Source: Candidatus Poribacteria bacterium
GTDB taxonomy: Bacteria > Poribacteria > WGA-4E > PCPOR2b
Assembly (NCBI GenBank): GCA_965208325.1
Contig: OZ242326.1
Span: 4,320,001-4,384,000, forward strand
Length of the DNA: 64,000 nt
Direction: 5' to 3'
The notes beneath the pieces are model-generated. The model worked only from the letters and a program-made list of their open reading frames with translations, had not been told where the DNA came from and searched no databases. The translations under genes and the position numbers were made by a program. This document shows, piece after piece, positions 46,433 through 55,638 of the stretch. Positions within the stretch are counted from its first letter, which is position 1. Every line of letters begins with the position of its first letter.

Positions 46433-48640
46433 CTATTTCAATATCACCATCTGCCTTAACGAAGTGTAATCGTCCGCGCGAAATTGATAATAATATCTGC
46501 CGCTCGCGACCGGTTCCCCGTTATGATTGCGGCCGTCCCAATATGCTGCGCTTGCTTTGTCTCGGTAGACGCCCGTTCTTTGAAGTCCAATGTCGAGTGT
46601 GCGGATAACATGACCGCTCTGATCATAGATGTTCAGCGTCACGAGCGAATCGTTTGCCAACTGATACGGTATCCAGGTTTCCGGGTTGAACGGATTCGGA
46701 AAGTTTTGCAGCAGCGCTGTCCTTTTAATGTTTCCCAGCGTAGTGATTTGACTTCCCAATGGTTCTACACTCAAAGCAATTAAAGAGGTAAGGTTCCACA
46801 CCAACACGGTCCCGTCCGAACTTCCACTGGCGAGCGCGCGTCCATTGACATTGAACGCAACGCTCCGGACCTCGTCCGTATGTCCAATTAAGGTTACCAA
46901 ATGTTCTCCAGATTTGGCTTCCCACAGCCGGACAGTATAGTCACCGCCTCCACTAGCGATGGTTTTGCCATCGGGACTGAACGCAACACTGTTTACCCTA
47001 GCCTCGTGCCCAGTCAGCGTTCGTAGGTGTTTTCCCCTATTAGTGTCCCAAAGACGGATGGTAGCGTCCGCACACCCGCTGGCGACGGTGCGTCCATCGG
47101 GGCTAAACGCAACGCTCCAAACCCAATCCGTATGTCCTTCAAGTGTTCGCAGAAGCCTTCCAGTAGCTGTTGCCCAGAGACGGACTGTATGGTCTCCACC
47201 TCCGCTGGCGATATTGTGTCCATCTGGACTGAACACAACGCTTTCCACGGGCAATGCGTGCCCATTGAACGTGCGCAGCCGTTTTCCGTTATTAACGTCC
47301 CAGAGATGGATAGAAGTGTCCGCGTTCCCGCTCGCTATTCTCTGTCCATCCGGGCTGAATGCAACGCTTATCACCGCCAACGTATTCCCTTTAAGCGTAC
47401 GTAGGGGTTTTCCAGTATCGGTGGACCACAGTTGAATGGTACGGTCCCAGCTTCCACTGGCGACGGTGCCGCCATTGGGACTAAACGCTACACTAGGAAC
47501 CGCCGATTTATGCCCCTCTAAGGTTCGCAGGTGAATTCCCGATTCGGGGTTCCACAAACGAATGTATCGGTCATTACTTCCACTCGCAAGCGTATCACTA
47601 ATGGGATTGAACGCAACGCTCTTCACCGGCCTTGTATGCCCGGCGATTGTTCTCCGGAGTTCCCACGAATGGCCGTCCCACAGACAGATTGTCCCGTCCA
47701 AACTCCCGCTGGCGAACATGCCGCCATCGGAACTGAATGCGACGCTGTCGACCCAATGCGTATGCCTGACGAGCGATCGAATGGGTTTGCCCGTATCCGC
47801 CGCCCACAGCCGAATTGTGTCGTCCAAGCTGCCGCTCGCAATCATGAGTCCATTGGGACTAAATTCAACGCAATTGACCATAGCATCATGTCCCAGGAGA
47901 GTTTGCAGGTTGTCACCAGTATCGGCGCTCCACAGTCGAATGGCATTGTCGCCGCCTCCGCTGGCAATAGTCCCGCCGTCCGGACTAAAGGCTACACTCC
48001 GCACCGAATCCTCATGCGCTTTTACTCTCCAAAGTCGTTCCCCGGTGCGGACGTTCCACAGGCGCATTGTATTATCCGCACCCCCGCTAACGAGCATGCT
48101 GCCGTCGGGGCTGAACGCGACACCATAAACCCAGGACGTGTTCCCAGTAAGCATTCTCAAATAATCGCCGGTATCGGCGTCCCACAGTCGGATGGTACGG
48201 TCTCCGCTTCCGCTTGCGATAATATCCCCATTAGGACTGAAGGCGACACTATTCACCGGACCCGTATGCCCTGTGAGCGTTTGCAGGTGATGGCCAGTAT
48301 TGGCATCCCACAGACGGACCGAACGGTCCTGGCTCCCGCTGACAAGCCTACTGCCATCGGGGCTGAACACTACGCTCCAGACTCGACCCGTATGCCCGGT
48401 CAACAAGGCGACCTCTTGACGCGTCGCCGGGTTGTAGATCCAAATACCGATGCTGCTAGCCACCGCAAGGCGCGTGCCGTTGGGGTAAAATTGTATTTCA
48501 TTTATCCTGCCCTTACCCAGCCGCGTTTTAGCACCTTCAGGTAAGCCCCATTGGGGAAAATCATGTGCAGTGCTGTGTGATAGACAGAATGCGGTAGCGA
48601 AAAAATATGCACTTAATTTGAAAAACAACGCTTTCACCAT
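46433..48640 (-). CDS. Secreted WD40-repeat protein with FlgD-Ig/T9SS-CTD-like domain (paralogue 2)
   Basis: Same architecture; GGAGG RBS. Confidence 0.9.
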   Translation of the reverse strand: MVKALFFKLSAYFFATAFCLSHSTAHDFPQWGLPEGAKTRLGKGRINEIQFYPNGTRLAVASSIGIWIYNPATRQEVALLTGHTGRVWSVVFSPDGSRLVSGSQDRSVRLWDANTGHHLQTLTGHTGPVNSVAFSPNGDIIASGSGDRTIRLWDADTGDYLRMLTGNTSWVYGVAFSPDGSMLVSGGADNTMRLWNVRTGERLWRVKAHEDSVRSVAFSPDGGTIASGGGDNAIRLWSADTGDNLQTLLGHDAMVNCVEFSPNGLMIASGSLDDTIRLWAADTGKPIRSLVRHTHWVDSVAFSSDGGMFASGSLDGTICLWDGHSWELRRTIAGHTRPVKSVAFNPISDTLASGSNDRYIRLWNPESGIHLRTLEGHKSAVPSVAFSPNGGTVASGSWDRTIQLWSTDTGKPLRTLKGNTLAVISVAFSPDGQRIASGNADTSIHLWDVNNGKRLRTFNGHALPVESVVFSPDGHNIASGGGDHTVRLWATATGRLLRTLEGHTDWVWSVAFSPDGRTVASGCADATIRLWDTNRGKHLRTLTGHEARVNSVAFSPDGKTIASGGGDYTVRLWEAKSGEHLVTLIGHTDEVRSVAFNVNGRALASGSSDGTVLVWNLTSLIALSVEPLGSQITTLGNIKRTALLQNFPNPFNPETWIPYQLANDSLVTLNIYDQSGHVIRTLDIGLQRTGVYRDKASAAYWDGRNHNGEPVASGRYYYQFRADDYTSLRQMVILK

Positions 48641-48706
48641 TGAAACGATCCTCCGTTAGCAGACCGAACATAGCGTCACTACTTTTCTCACCCGAAGTGT
48701 ATGGCG

Positions 48707-50911
48707 CTACTTCAAAATCACCATCTGCCTTAACGACGTATAATCACCCGCGCGAAGTTTATAGTAATACGAGCCGCTTGGGACGCGTTCTCCGTTTTGA
48801 TTGCGTCCATCCCAATACGCTGCGCGCACCTTGTCTCGGTAGATTCCCGATTTTTGATGTCCAATTTCGAGTGTGCGGACGATATGACCGCTCTGGTTGT
48901 AGATGTTCAACGTCACGAGCGCATCGTCCCCCAACTGATACGGAATCCAAGTTTCGGGGTTGAACGGATTCGGAAAATTTTGCAGCAGCGCTGTCCGTTT
49001 GATGTCTCCCAAGGTGGTAATGCGGTTTCCCAACGGTTCCACGCCAAATGGTATCGAAGAGGGAAGTTCCCACAGCAATACGGTGCCGTCCCCACTCGCG
49101 CTGGCGAGTGCGCGTCCGTCGGCACTGAACGCAAGGCTTCGGACTTCACCTGTATGCCCTGCGCGCACTTGCAGTTTTTTTCCCGTATGGATGTCCCACA
49201 AGCGAATGGTACAGTCCACACCGCTACTGGCGAGTATTCGCCCATTGGGGCTGAACGCAAGGCTTAAGACCCAATTCGTATGCCCTTTGAGCGTTCGCAG
49301 ACGTATTCCGGTATCAGTGTCCCACAGACGGATGGTAAGGTCACCACTCCCGCTAGCGAGCGTTCTGCTATCGGGACTAAATGCTACGCTCGTAACCGAA
49401 TTCGAATGTCCTTTCAGCGTTCGCAGGTGATTTCCGGTATGGGTGTCCCACAGACGCACCGTAGTGTCGCGGCTGCCGCTAGCAATCGTGCCACCGTCTG
49501 GGTTAAACGCAACAACTTCAACCTCGCTATTATGCCCCATGAAGGTCAGCAGCAGTTTTCCGGTATCGGTGTCCCGCAGCCGCACTGTACCGTCTCGTCT
49601 CCCGCTAGCAATTGTTCGCCCATCCGGACCGACCGCAACGCAACTGAACCCTATCCCTTGCCCGTCGTGGGTTCGCAGGCGTCTTCCGGTATCGGTGTGC
49701 CACAGACTTATGGTATCGTGTGCACTTCCACTTGCGATAGTGCGCCCATCGGGACTGAATCCAATGCTAAATACGCTTGATGAATGCCCCTTCAGCGTTC
49801 GCAGGTGTTTTCCCGTATCGGCATCCCGCAGTCGGATTGTATGGGTTTCACCGCTGTACGCGATGATGCTGCTATCGGGACTAAACACAACGCTATAGGC
49901 CCCTAACGTATATCCTTTGAAGGTTCGGCGGTGATTTCCGGTATTGGCGTCCCACAGACGGATTGTAGTGTCGTCGCTCCCACTTGCGATGGTGCCGCCA
50001 TCAGGACTGAACGCTACGGTATCAACATCATCCTTATGACCTATGAGCGTTCGGCGGTGTTTTCCGGTATTGGCATTCCATAGACGGATTGTGTCGTCCC
50101 GGCTCCCACTAGCAATGGTGCGACCATCTGGACTGAACGCAACACTATAGACGGCAGATTCATGTCCCGTAAGCGTTTGGCGGTGTTTTCCGGTATCGGC
50201 GTCCCACAGGCGAATAGTCTTGTCCCAACTCCCGCTTGCAATTGTACGTCCATCGGGGCTGTACACAACCTTAACGATGCCGTCTTCATGCCCCTTGAGC
50301 GTTTGCAGAAGTTTTCCAGTATCGACGTCCAACAGTCGAATAGAGTTGTCCCCAATCGCACTAGCGATGGTGCGGCCATCTGGACTGAACGCAACACTAG
50401 AATGCAAACCCCCACGCAAACCATCCCTGAATATATGCAGGAGTCCTCCGGTGCGGGCGTTCCACAGACGGATGCTGCCCAAACCCGTACTAGCGATGGT
50501 ACGGCCATCTGGACTGAACGCAATGCTAGAGATCCAATTGCTATGGTTGAGCGTTCGAAAGGGTTTTCCCGTGTCGGTGTCCCATAACCGAATAGTATAG
50601 TCCCAACTCCCGCTAGCAATTGTGCGGCCATCCGGACTGAACGCAACGCATTTGACATAGTATGAATGCCCGTTGATTAGGGCGACCTCTTGATAGGTCT
50701 CCGTATCGTAAAGCCAAATTCCGATGCTACTGGCAACAGCAAGTCGAGTGCCGTCAGGCGAATACTGAAGTTCACTTATTTCGCCTTTACCGAAGCGTGC
50801 TTTAGCGTCCTCGGGACGACCCCATTGCGGAGAGTCTTGGGCAAAGCTGGGCGGTAGATATAGGGAGGTTACTAACAGTAAGCTAAGCTCGAAAACAATC
50901 GCCTTTTTCAT
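48707..50911 (-). CDS. Secreted WD40-repeat protein with FlgD-Ig/T9SS-CTD-like domain (paralogue 1)
   Basis: Same architecture; GGAGG RBS. Confidence 0.9.
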   Translation of the reverse strand: MKKAIVFELSLLLVTSLYLPPSFAQDSPQWGRPEDAKARFGKGEISELQYSPDGTRLAVASSIGIWLYDTETYQEVALINGHSYYVKCVAFSPDGRTIASGSWDYTIRLWDTDTGKPFRTLNHSNWISSIAFSPDGRTIASTGLGSIRLWNARTGGLLHIFRDGLRGGLHSSVAFSPDGRTIASAIGDNSIRLLDVDTGKLLQTLKGHEDGIVKVVYSPDGRTIASGSWDKTIRLWDADTGKHRQTLTGHESAVYSVAFSPDGRTIASGSRDDTIRLWNANTGKHRRTLIGHKDDVDTVAFSPDGGTIASGSDDTTIRLWDANTGNHRRTFKGYTLGAYSVVFSPDSSIIAYSGETHTIRLRDADTGKHLRTLKGHSSSVFSIGFSPDGRTIASGSAHDTISLWHTDTGRRLRTHDGQGIGFSCVAVGPDGRTIASGRRDGTVRLRDTDTGKLLLTFMGHNSEVEVVAFNPDGGTIASGSRDTTVRLWDTHTGNHLRTLKGHSNSVTSVAFSPDSRTLASGSGDLTIRLWDTDTGIRLRTLKGHTNWVLSLAFSPNGRILASSGVDCTIRLWDIHTGKKLQVRAGHTGEVRSLAFSADGRALASASGDGTVLLWELPSSIPFGVEPLGNRITTLGDIKRTALLQNFPNPFNPETWIPYQLGDDALVTLNIYNQSGHIVRTLEIGHQKSGIYRDKVRAAYWDGRNQNGERVPSGSYYYKLRAGDYTSLRQMVILK

Positions 50912-51028
50912 TGGAATAATCCTCCATGCAAGCGTTCGGGATATATCTTCTCAATCTCTAATGGGTTATTCCAGAGATTTATCGGACGTGCAAAGTGAAC
51001 TAGGCTCTTAATCTTGGCGATTGTACGA

Positions 51029-51043
51029 GCAAATACCGTGCCA
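51029..51043 (-). promoter_or_regulatory. Sigma54 (-24/-12) promoter for the WD40 array
   Basis: Minus strand TGGCAC-GGTAT-TTGC, exact consensus, ~118 bp upstream of the first WD40 start. Confidence 0.75.
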
Positions 51044-51116
51044 TTGACACAAAATCAGGACTTTATAGATGGCTTAAACGTGCACGCTGAAAGAGATGAA
51101 AGTTGAGAATTGAAAA

Positions 51117-51156
51117 TGTAGCGATATTCCGACATCACTGTGTCAATTTCGCTACA
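51117..51156. promoter_or_regulatory. Paired TGT-N12-ACA sites, putative enhancer (UAS) for a sigma54 activator
   Basis: TGTAGCGATATTCCGACA and TGTGTCAATTTCGCTACA form an imperfect inverted pair 75-115 bp upstream of the -24 box. Confidence 0.55.
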
Positions 51157-51646
51157 CCATTTGAATTATTTTCAGACGCGTTCCACACGCTGAAAATCCG
51201 ATCCCCGGGTGATTGAAACCCGTGAGATTCAAATAGCATCGTCTTTTTTTCGGGGAACTTGAGAAGTGTCGGTTAGGTATTGTGCAATGGAGTCGGACTA
51301 TGCGACCACATATACGGTGAGGTTTAATTCGAATTGAATTAGAAATTCACAATTCAAATAATATTTCCGTTACTGTCGAATAGGGCAATTCTCGCCGCAA
51401 AAGGCAAATCGGCTCAAAACCTTCACGTCGAATCCGTTAAGATAAAACATCTGAAGAGCTGCGGCGAGAATCTAAGTGAGGAGCGGCAATTTTGACTAGT
51501 CTTAACCAGTTTACCGGCGTCGTGGGTCGTAACTCTTCGCCGTTGGATAGGTCGGCCTCAACATGCACGCCATTTACAGATATTCTTGTTGCGTTTCAGC
51601 CGACCTACCGAAGGACTCAGTGTAAGAATCATTCACGGCTACACCG

Positions 51647-52693
51647 TTATCTTGCCGATGTACTGTCCAACTGCTTGACCCATCCCCAACTCAGCGGCTG
51701 CTTGCCCGCGGGAGATACGGCAAATTCGACGACAAAATCGGGATCAAACCAAGCGGGTCCCCGGTTAATCGATCCAGCTTCTCCAATAACCGGCAGGTTA
51801 AACCGATTTTCGTGATTTCCTTTTCCAGCTGCATTCTTCACATCGTAGATGACTATCCAAGCGGAACCGCCCGCGAACATAATCGTTGCTACTTGCTTGT
51901 CGTTCGGATTCCAGGTTATATCTTGTTTTTCTTCCTGGCTAAAGATTTCAAATACGTTTTGGGCTCCATCTTCGCCAACTTCGGCGTCCATTACCCACAC
52001 GTTTCCGGTTCCGTCTCGCCGCGTAATCCATGCAATCCGGTCTCCTTCAAACGAAAATTCCGGCTGAATATCCTCGCCCTTATGATTTGTGTAATTCACC
52101 TGGTTTCCGCCATCGGAATTCATCACGTAGATGTCTCCGAGCGTGCGTCCGCGTTTGGATGAGAACGCAATCCGCCGACCGTCCGGCGACCAAGATGGCA
52201 TTTTGTCTGGGGCGGGGTCGTTTGTGAGATTGGCAATAATATTGCCACCATCCGACATTACATAAATTTCGAGGTTCCCGTCCCTATTAGAAGCGATGGC
52301 GAGCTTTCTGCCGCCAGGGTGCCAATCGGGCCAGCTATCTACGCCTTCATGATCGGTGATTCGCCGCAGATTCTTGCCGTTGGCGTCTACGATATAGATG
52401 TCGGTATTTTTCTGTGAAGTCGCATGGAAGGCGAGTTTGCGGCCATCCGGTGACCATTCAAGTCCAAGCGGCCGCGGGTCTTCGTTATCTGTTGCAAGGT
52501 TGAACAATGCATTCACAGCACCGCCGCCTTTCCCTTCAGGATTAGTCAAAAAAATTGTCTCCTCGCCGGATACAGCTATTGTCGCTTCGTTGGGTGCGAT
52601 CGCCTGCCCGCCCATAGGAAAAACGAGGTTGATTAGGATTACTAATTTGGAGAATGCCAAGATTCTCAAAGTCAATAGCGTTCTGTTTTGCAT
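51647..52693 (-). CDS. TolB-like (PD40-repeat) beta-propeller exported protein with C-terminal VxP..WG.VK motif
   Basis: WSPDGRKLAF and SNRDGNLEIYVM repeats; GAGGAGG RBS before ATG 52693. Confidence 0.85.
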   Translation of the reverse strand: MQNRTLLTLRILAFSKLVILINLVFPMGGQAIAPNEATIAVSGEETIFLTNPEGKGGGAVNALFNLATDNEDPRPLGLEWSPDGRKLAFHATSQKNTDIYIVDANGKNLRRITDHEGVDSWPDWHPGGRKLAIASNRDGNLEIYVMSDGGNIIANLTNDPAPDKMPSWSPDGRRIAFSSKRGRTLGDIYVMNSDGGNQVNYTNHKGEDIQPEFSFEGDRIAWITRRDGTGNVWVMDAEVGEDGAQNVFEIFSQEEKQDITWNPNDKQVATIMFAGGSAWIVIYDVKNAAGKGNHENRFNLPVIGEAGSINRGPAWFDPDFVVEFAVSPAGKQPLSWGWVKQLDSTSAR

Positions 52694-52854
52694 AAGTCTT
52701 TCCTCCTCTTTACAATTTGAAAATTCACGGCAAACGCCGTCTATCCAAAAACTGTCCGAGAACCAATTGGAATAGTAAATTAATTTGGATCGAGTGTTGT
52801 GCTGCACCTTATTTTCAACTGTATGGCTCGCAAATTCTGCACGTGCCGTAGTGC

Positions 52855-54327
52855 CTACTCAACCATGCCAATCTTCGCCGCCTCGGGCGCGCGTGTCGGC
52901 AAGCTCTGTGTTGCAAGCTGATCCTCCGGGACGTAGCGAGAGTAATCTGAAATCTTTCCGTGGGTCAAAGCGTATACCGCTACGTTGGTCATAAACCGAT
53001 ACACGCCGGGAGAATAGTGCACGGACCGCGTCGGCAGGCTTACGGCTTCCATTGCGCACATGTAGTCACGGCGGACCAGCAACACCGAAAGCTTTTCGCC
53101 TACGGAAATGCCTTCGAGGAAATTCCGCTTCGGCGGCTGTGTGCCAAACCAGAAGATATCGAAACCGACCGGCGGTCCGCCCATTTCGTAAAAGTTGTTA
53201 TAGACTTCATGGTCATTGGGAATCCGTTCCAACTGGTATTCTGGCATCACATAGCGCATTTGAGCCATGAATATGCGAACAGTTGCTTGAGCCGCCCGAT
53301 TTACGCCGCAATCATCGAATATTAGAATTCCGCCCCTGTCAACAAGGTATCGCCGCAACCCAGCCGCTTCCGGCTCAGTAAACCTGCTGTTCAGCGTTGC
53401 ACCTAAGCCGCCCTTGTTCACATGCGTCCGCACGAGGGCAGGATCATGCCCTGTCATGAATGCCATTGGAGTCTTTTGCAGATTGGCGTCCGTTAATTTC
53501 AGCGCGCCACCTTCAACGTTCATGTCGGTTTTGATTTTCGTCCGCTCATTGAGCCATTTTGTCAGCGCATTCAGCGATGACGCATCTGCCCACCAATCGG
53601 CAAGATTGTGCCGGATTCGTGCAAATCGGAAGACGCCTTGTATGTCGCGCCCTTTGCCAATGACTCGACCCCCAGGCTCTCCTCTCGGCAGGGGCGGAAC
53701 ATCGACATTGCCGAGCGTGATGCTTTCAACTACATCGCCTAGCGCATCTCGTGCAGCACCAACCTGCTCCACCATCGTCAGACCCGGTGGACGTTCAAAT
53801 GCAACCTTTACCTGCACTATCCCGCCGGCAATCCCGCGTCCAATATTCGACGGGCCGGCACTTGGTGCAGACGCAACAGGCCCGGAAAACGCCAATGCGC
53901 CCGGCGCATCAGATACCGGCAAATCGGCATGCGTTGTTATTTGCGGAACCGGCGCATTCGGGTTAACGACTTTGGGAACATTAGGATTGATGGGTTGGTC
54001 TAGTTTGACGACTTTATTCGAAAATTCGAGCACGGTTTGTGGCTCGATTGTAGACGTACGAACGACCGCAGCGGTTGTGACTCTGGGTTGAACCTGAACC
54101 TGTTCAACGACAACGGTGTTATCCGTTGGAATAGTCGGTTTAATCTGTTTAATAACCGGCTTACGTACTTGGGGTTTTGGCGGCTCAGGCGGTTCAAGCA
54201 CTTGTGCACCGACTAAGTCTTTGAATTGCGGGGTTTGTGTGACGAGATAAACACCTAGAATCAGCACAGCGACGCCGTGAAGAATCAACGATGTCATCAA
54301 GGCACCTGAAATCTTCTTGGCACTCAT
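52855..54327 (-). CDS. Membrane-anchored DUF4159-like domain protein with TonB-like N-terminus
   Basis: TM with SLILH; Pro-rich linker; P.AFMTGH, LRRYL..RGG.LIFDDC, IP.DHEVY and N.AVYALTH motifs. Confidence 0.7.
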   Translation of the reverse strand: MSAKKISGALMTSLILHGVAVLILGVYLVTQTPQFKDLVGAQVLEPPEPPKPQVRKPVIKQIKPTIPTDNTVVVEQVQVQPRVTTAAVVRTSTIEPQTVLEFSNKVVKLDQPINPNVPKVVNPNAPVPQITTHADLPVSDAPGALAFSGPVASAPSAGPSNIGRGIAGGIVQVKVAFERPPGLTMVEQVGAARDALGDVVESITLGNVDVPPLPRGEPGGRVIGKGRDIQGVFRFARIRHNLADWWADASSLNALTKWLNERTKIKTDMNVEGGALKLTDANLQKTPMAFMTGHDPALVRTHVNKGGLGATLNSRFTEPEAAGLRRYLVDRGGILIFDDCGVNRAAQATVRIFMAQMRYVMPEYQLERIPNDHEVYNNFYEMGGPPVGFDIFWFGTQPPKRNFLEGISVGEKLSVLLVRRDYMCAMEAVSLPTRSVHYSPGVYRFMTNVAVYALTHGKISDYSRYVPEDQLATQSLPTRAPEAAKIGMVE

Positions 54328-54405
54328 CTTCCGTGTCGCCTCCGATTCGTATTAGTAAGCGCGGCATGGGACCTATAATTCAACTGCGCCGCCAGTACAA
54401 AGCCT

Positions 54406-55434
54406 TTATTCTGGCCTGTAAATCCCTGTGCCTAGCTGTTTAATCCAACTCCAGGTCAAGGGGCGCTTTTTGCCGGGCGATACTGCATACGGCACAACAA
54501 AGTCCGGGTCAAACCAATCCGGAGAACGGCTGCCTTGCCATTCTGCGCCAAGCGGCAAGACTTTTCCATCTGCACGTACATCGTCGACAACCTTATCTGA
54601 TTCCATCACGGCAATTTCCACAAACGGAGCATCTGAAAGGACGAGCATTGTTCCATCGGGAGACCACGCCGGGTCAAAGTTACATCGCGGCCCAGGCGTG
54701 AGGTTTTTCACGTTTTCACCGTTGGCGTCCATGGTGTGCAGATCGCCCGTCCCATTGCGCCTAGATGTCCAGACAATCTTTTGGCTGTTCGGCGACCAAC
54801 GGGGATAGCTGTCATCGCCGCGGTGGTTAGTCAAATTCAAGGGGTTTTCACCACTCGCATCCATCGTGTATACATCTGAAATAGTTCTACCCCGCTTGGA
54901 AGCGAAGGCAATCATTCGACCGTCGGCTGACCAATCAGGTTGCCTGTCGGGAGCAGCGTCGTTAGTCAGGTTCACCCCGACGTTCCCGTTAGCTGTCAAT
55001 GTGTAGATTTCGTAATTGCCATCCCGATTGGTGGTGAACGCAAGCCGTTGTCCGCTAGGATGCCACGTGGGCCAACTATCCTCGGCTTCATGGTTGGTCA
55101 GTCTCTTGAGCTTCTCGCCATCGGCGTTAACCACGTAGATATCAATGTTGCCGTCCAACTTGGTATGGAACGCCACCCTTTGTCCATCTGGCGACCACCT
55201 AACCCCTAACGGCTGTTCGTCCGCTTTAAGCCGTAAATCAATTAACGGACGAAGATTTGCACTGTCGGGGTCCATCAGCCAAAGGTCGCCTTCCGGTTGG
55301 CTGCTCGAAAACACAATGGTCGGATCCTCGGGTGCCCGCTGCGCAATTGCGCCGGACGCAACAACCATGCTGCCAATAAGGAACGTAGTTACTGAAAATA
55401 CAAGCCGCGTTGCGAATGGTATTCTATGTTGCAT
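54406..55434 (-). CDS. TolB-like (PD40-repeat) beta-propeller exported protein
   Basis: Paralogue of 51647-52693; C-terminal VSPGKKRPLTWSWIK. Confidence 0.85.
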   Translation of the reverse strand: MQHRIPFATRLVFSVTTFLIGSMVVASGAIAQRAPEDPTIVFSSSQPEGDLWLMDPDSANLRPLIDLRLKADEQPLGVRWSPDGQRVAFHTKLDGNIDIYVVNADGEKLKRLTNHEAEDSWPTWHPSGQRLAFTTNRDGNYEIYTLTANGNVGVNLTNDAAPDRQPDWSADGRMIAFASKRGRTISDVYTMDASGENPLNLTNHRGDDSYPRWSPNSQKIVWTSRRNGTGDLHTMDANGENVKNLTPGPRCNFDPAWSPDGTMLVLSDAPFVEIAVMESDKVVDDVRADGKVLPLGAEWQGSRSPDWFDPDFVVPYAVSPGKKRPLTWSWIKQLGTGIYRPE

Positions 55435-55478
55435 TCGTGTTTTCTCCTCTCGCTGTTTCAGAGTTGCCGGTTAGAGAT

Positions 55479-55507
55479 ATTTTATAACTAACGGCTCCAA
55501 TTGTCAA
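55479..55507 (-). promoter_or_regulatory. Sigma70-type promoter
   Basis: Minus strand TTGACA-N17-TAAAAT, 45 bp upstream of 55434. Confidence 0.6.
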
Positions 55508-55638
55508 TCAATTTAAAGGGCGATTGCGTAACTGCTCATTGGGAAGGAACGTACGGTATTCGTGCCTGACTCGACGTTTCAGCGTCTGCGTTAGCCTGCA
55601 TTTAAACGACGGTCCGCGGATATTTGACAACTGTTGCA

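Noticed and set aside
41717..50658. Many antisense and alternate-frame ORFs (PSGLNAT repeats)
   Set aside because: Shadows of the WD40 repeat codons
41444..50911. Diversity-generating retroelement acting on WD40 genes
   Set aside because: No reverse transcriptase, and no template/variable repeat pair differing only at adenines was seen
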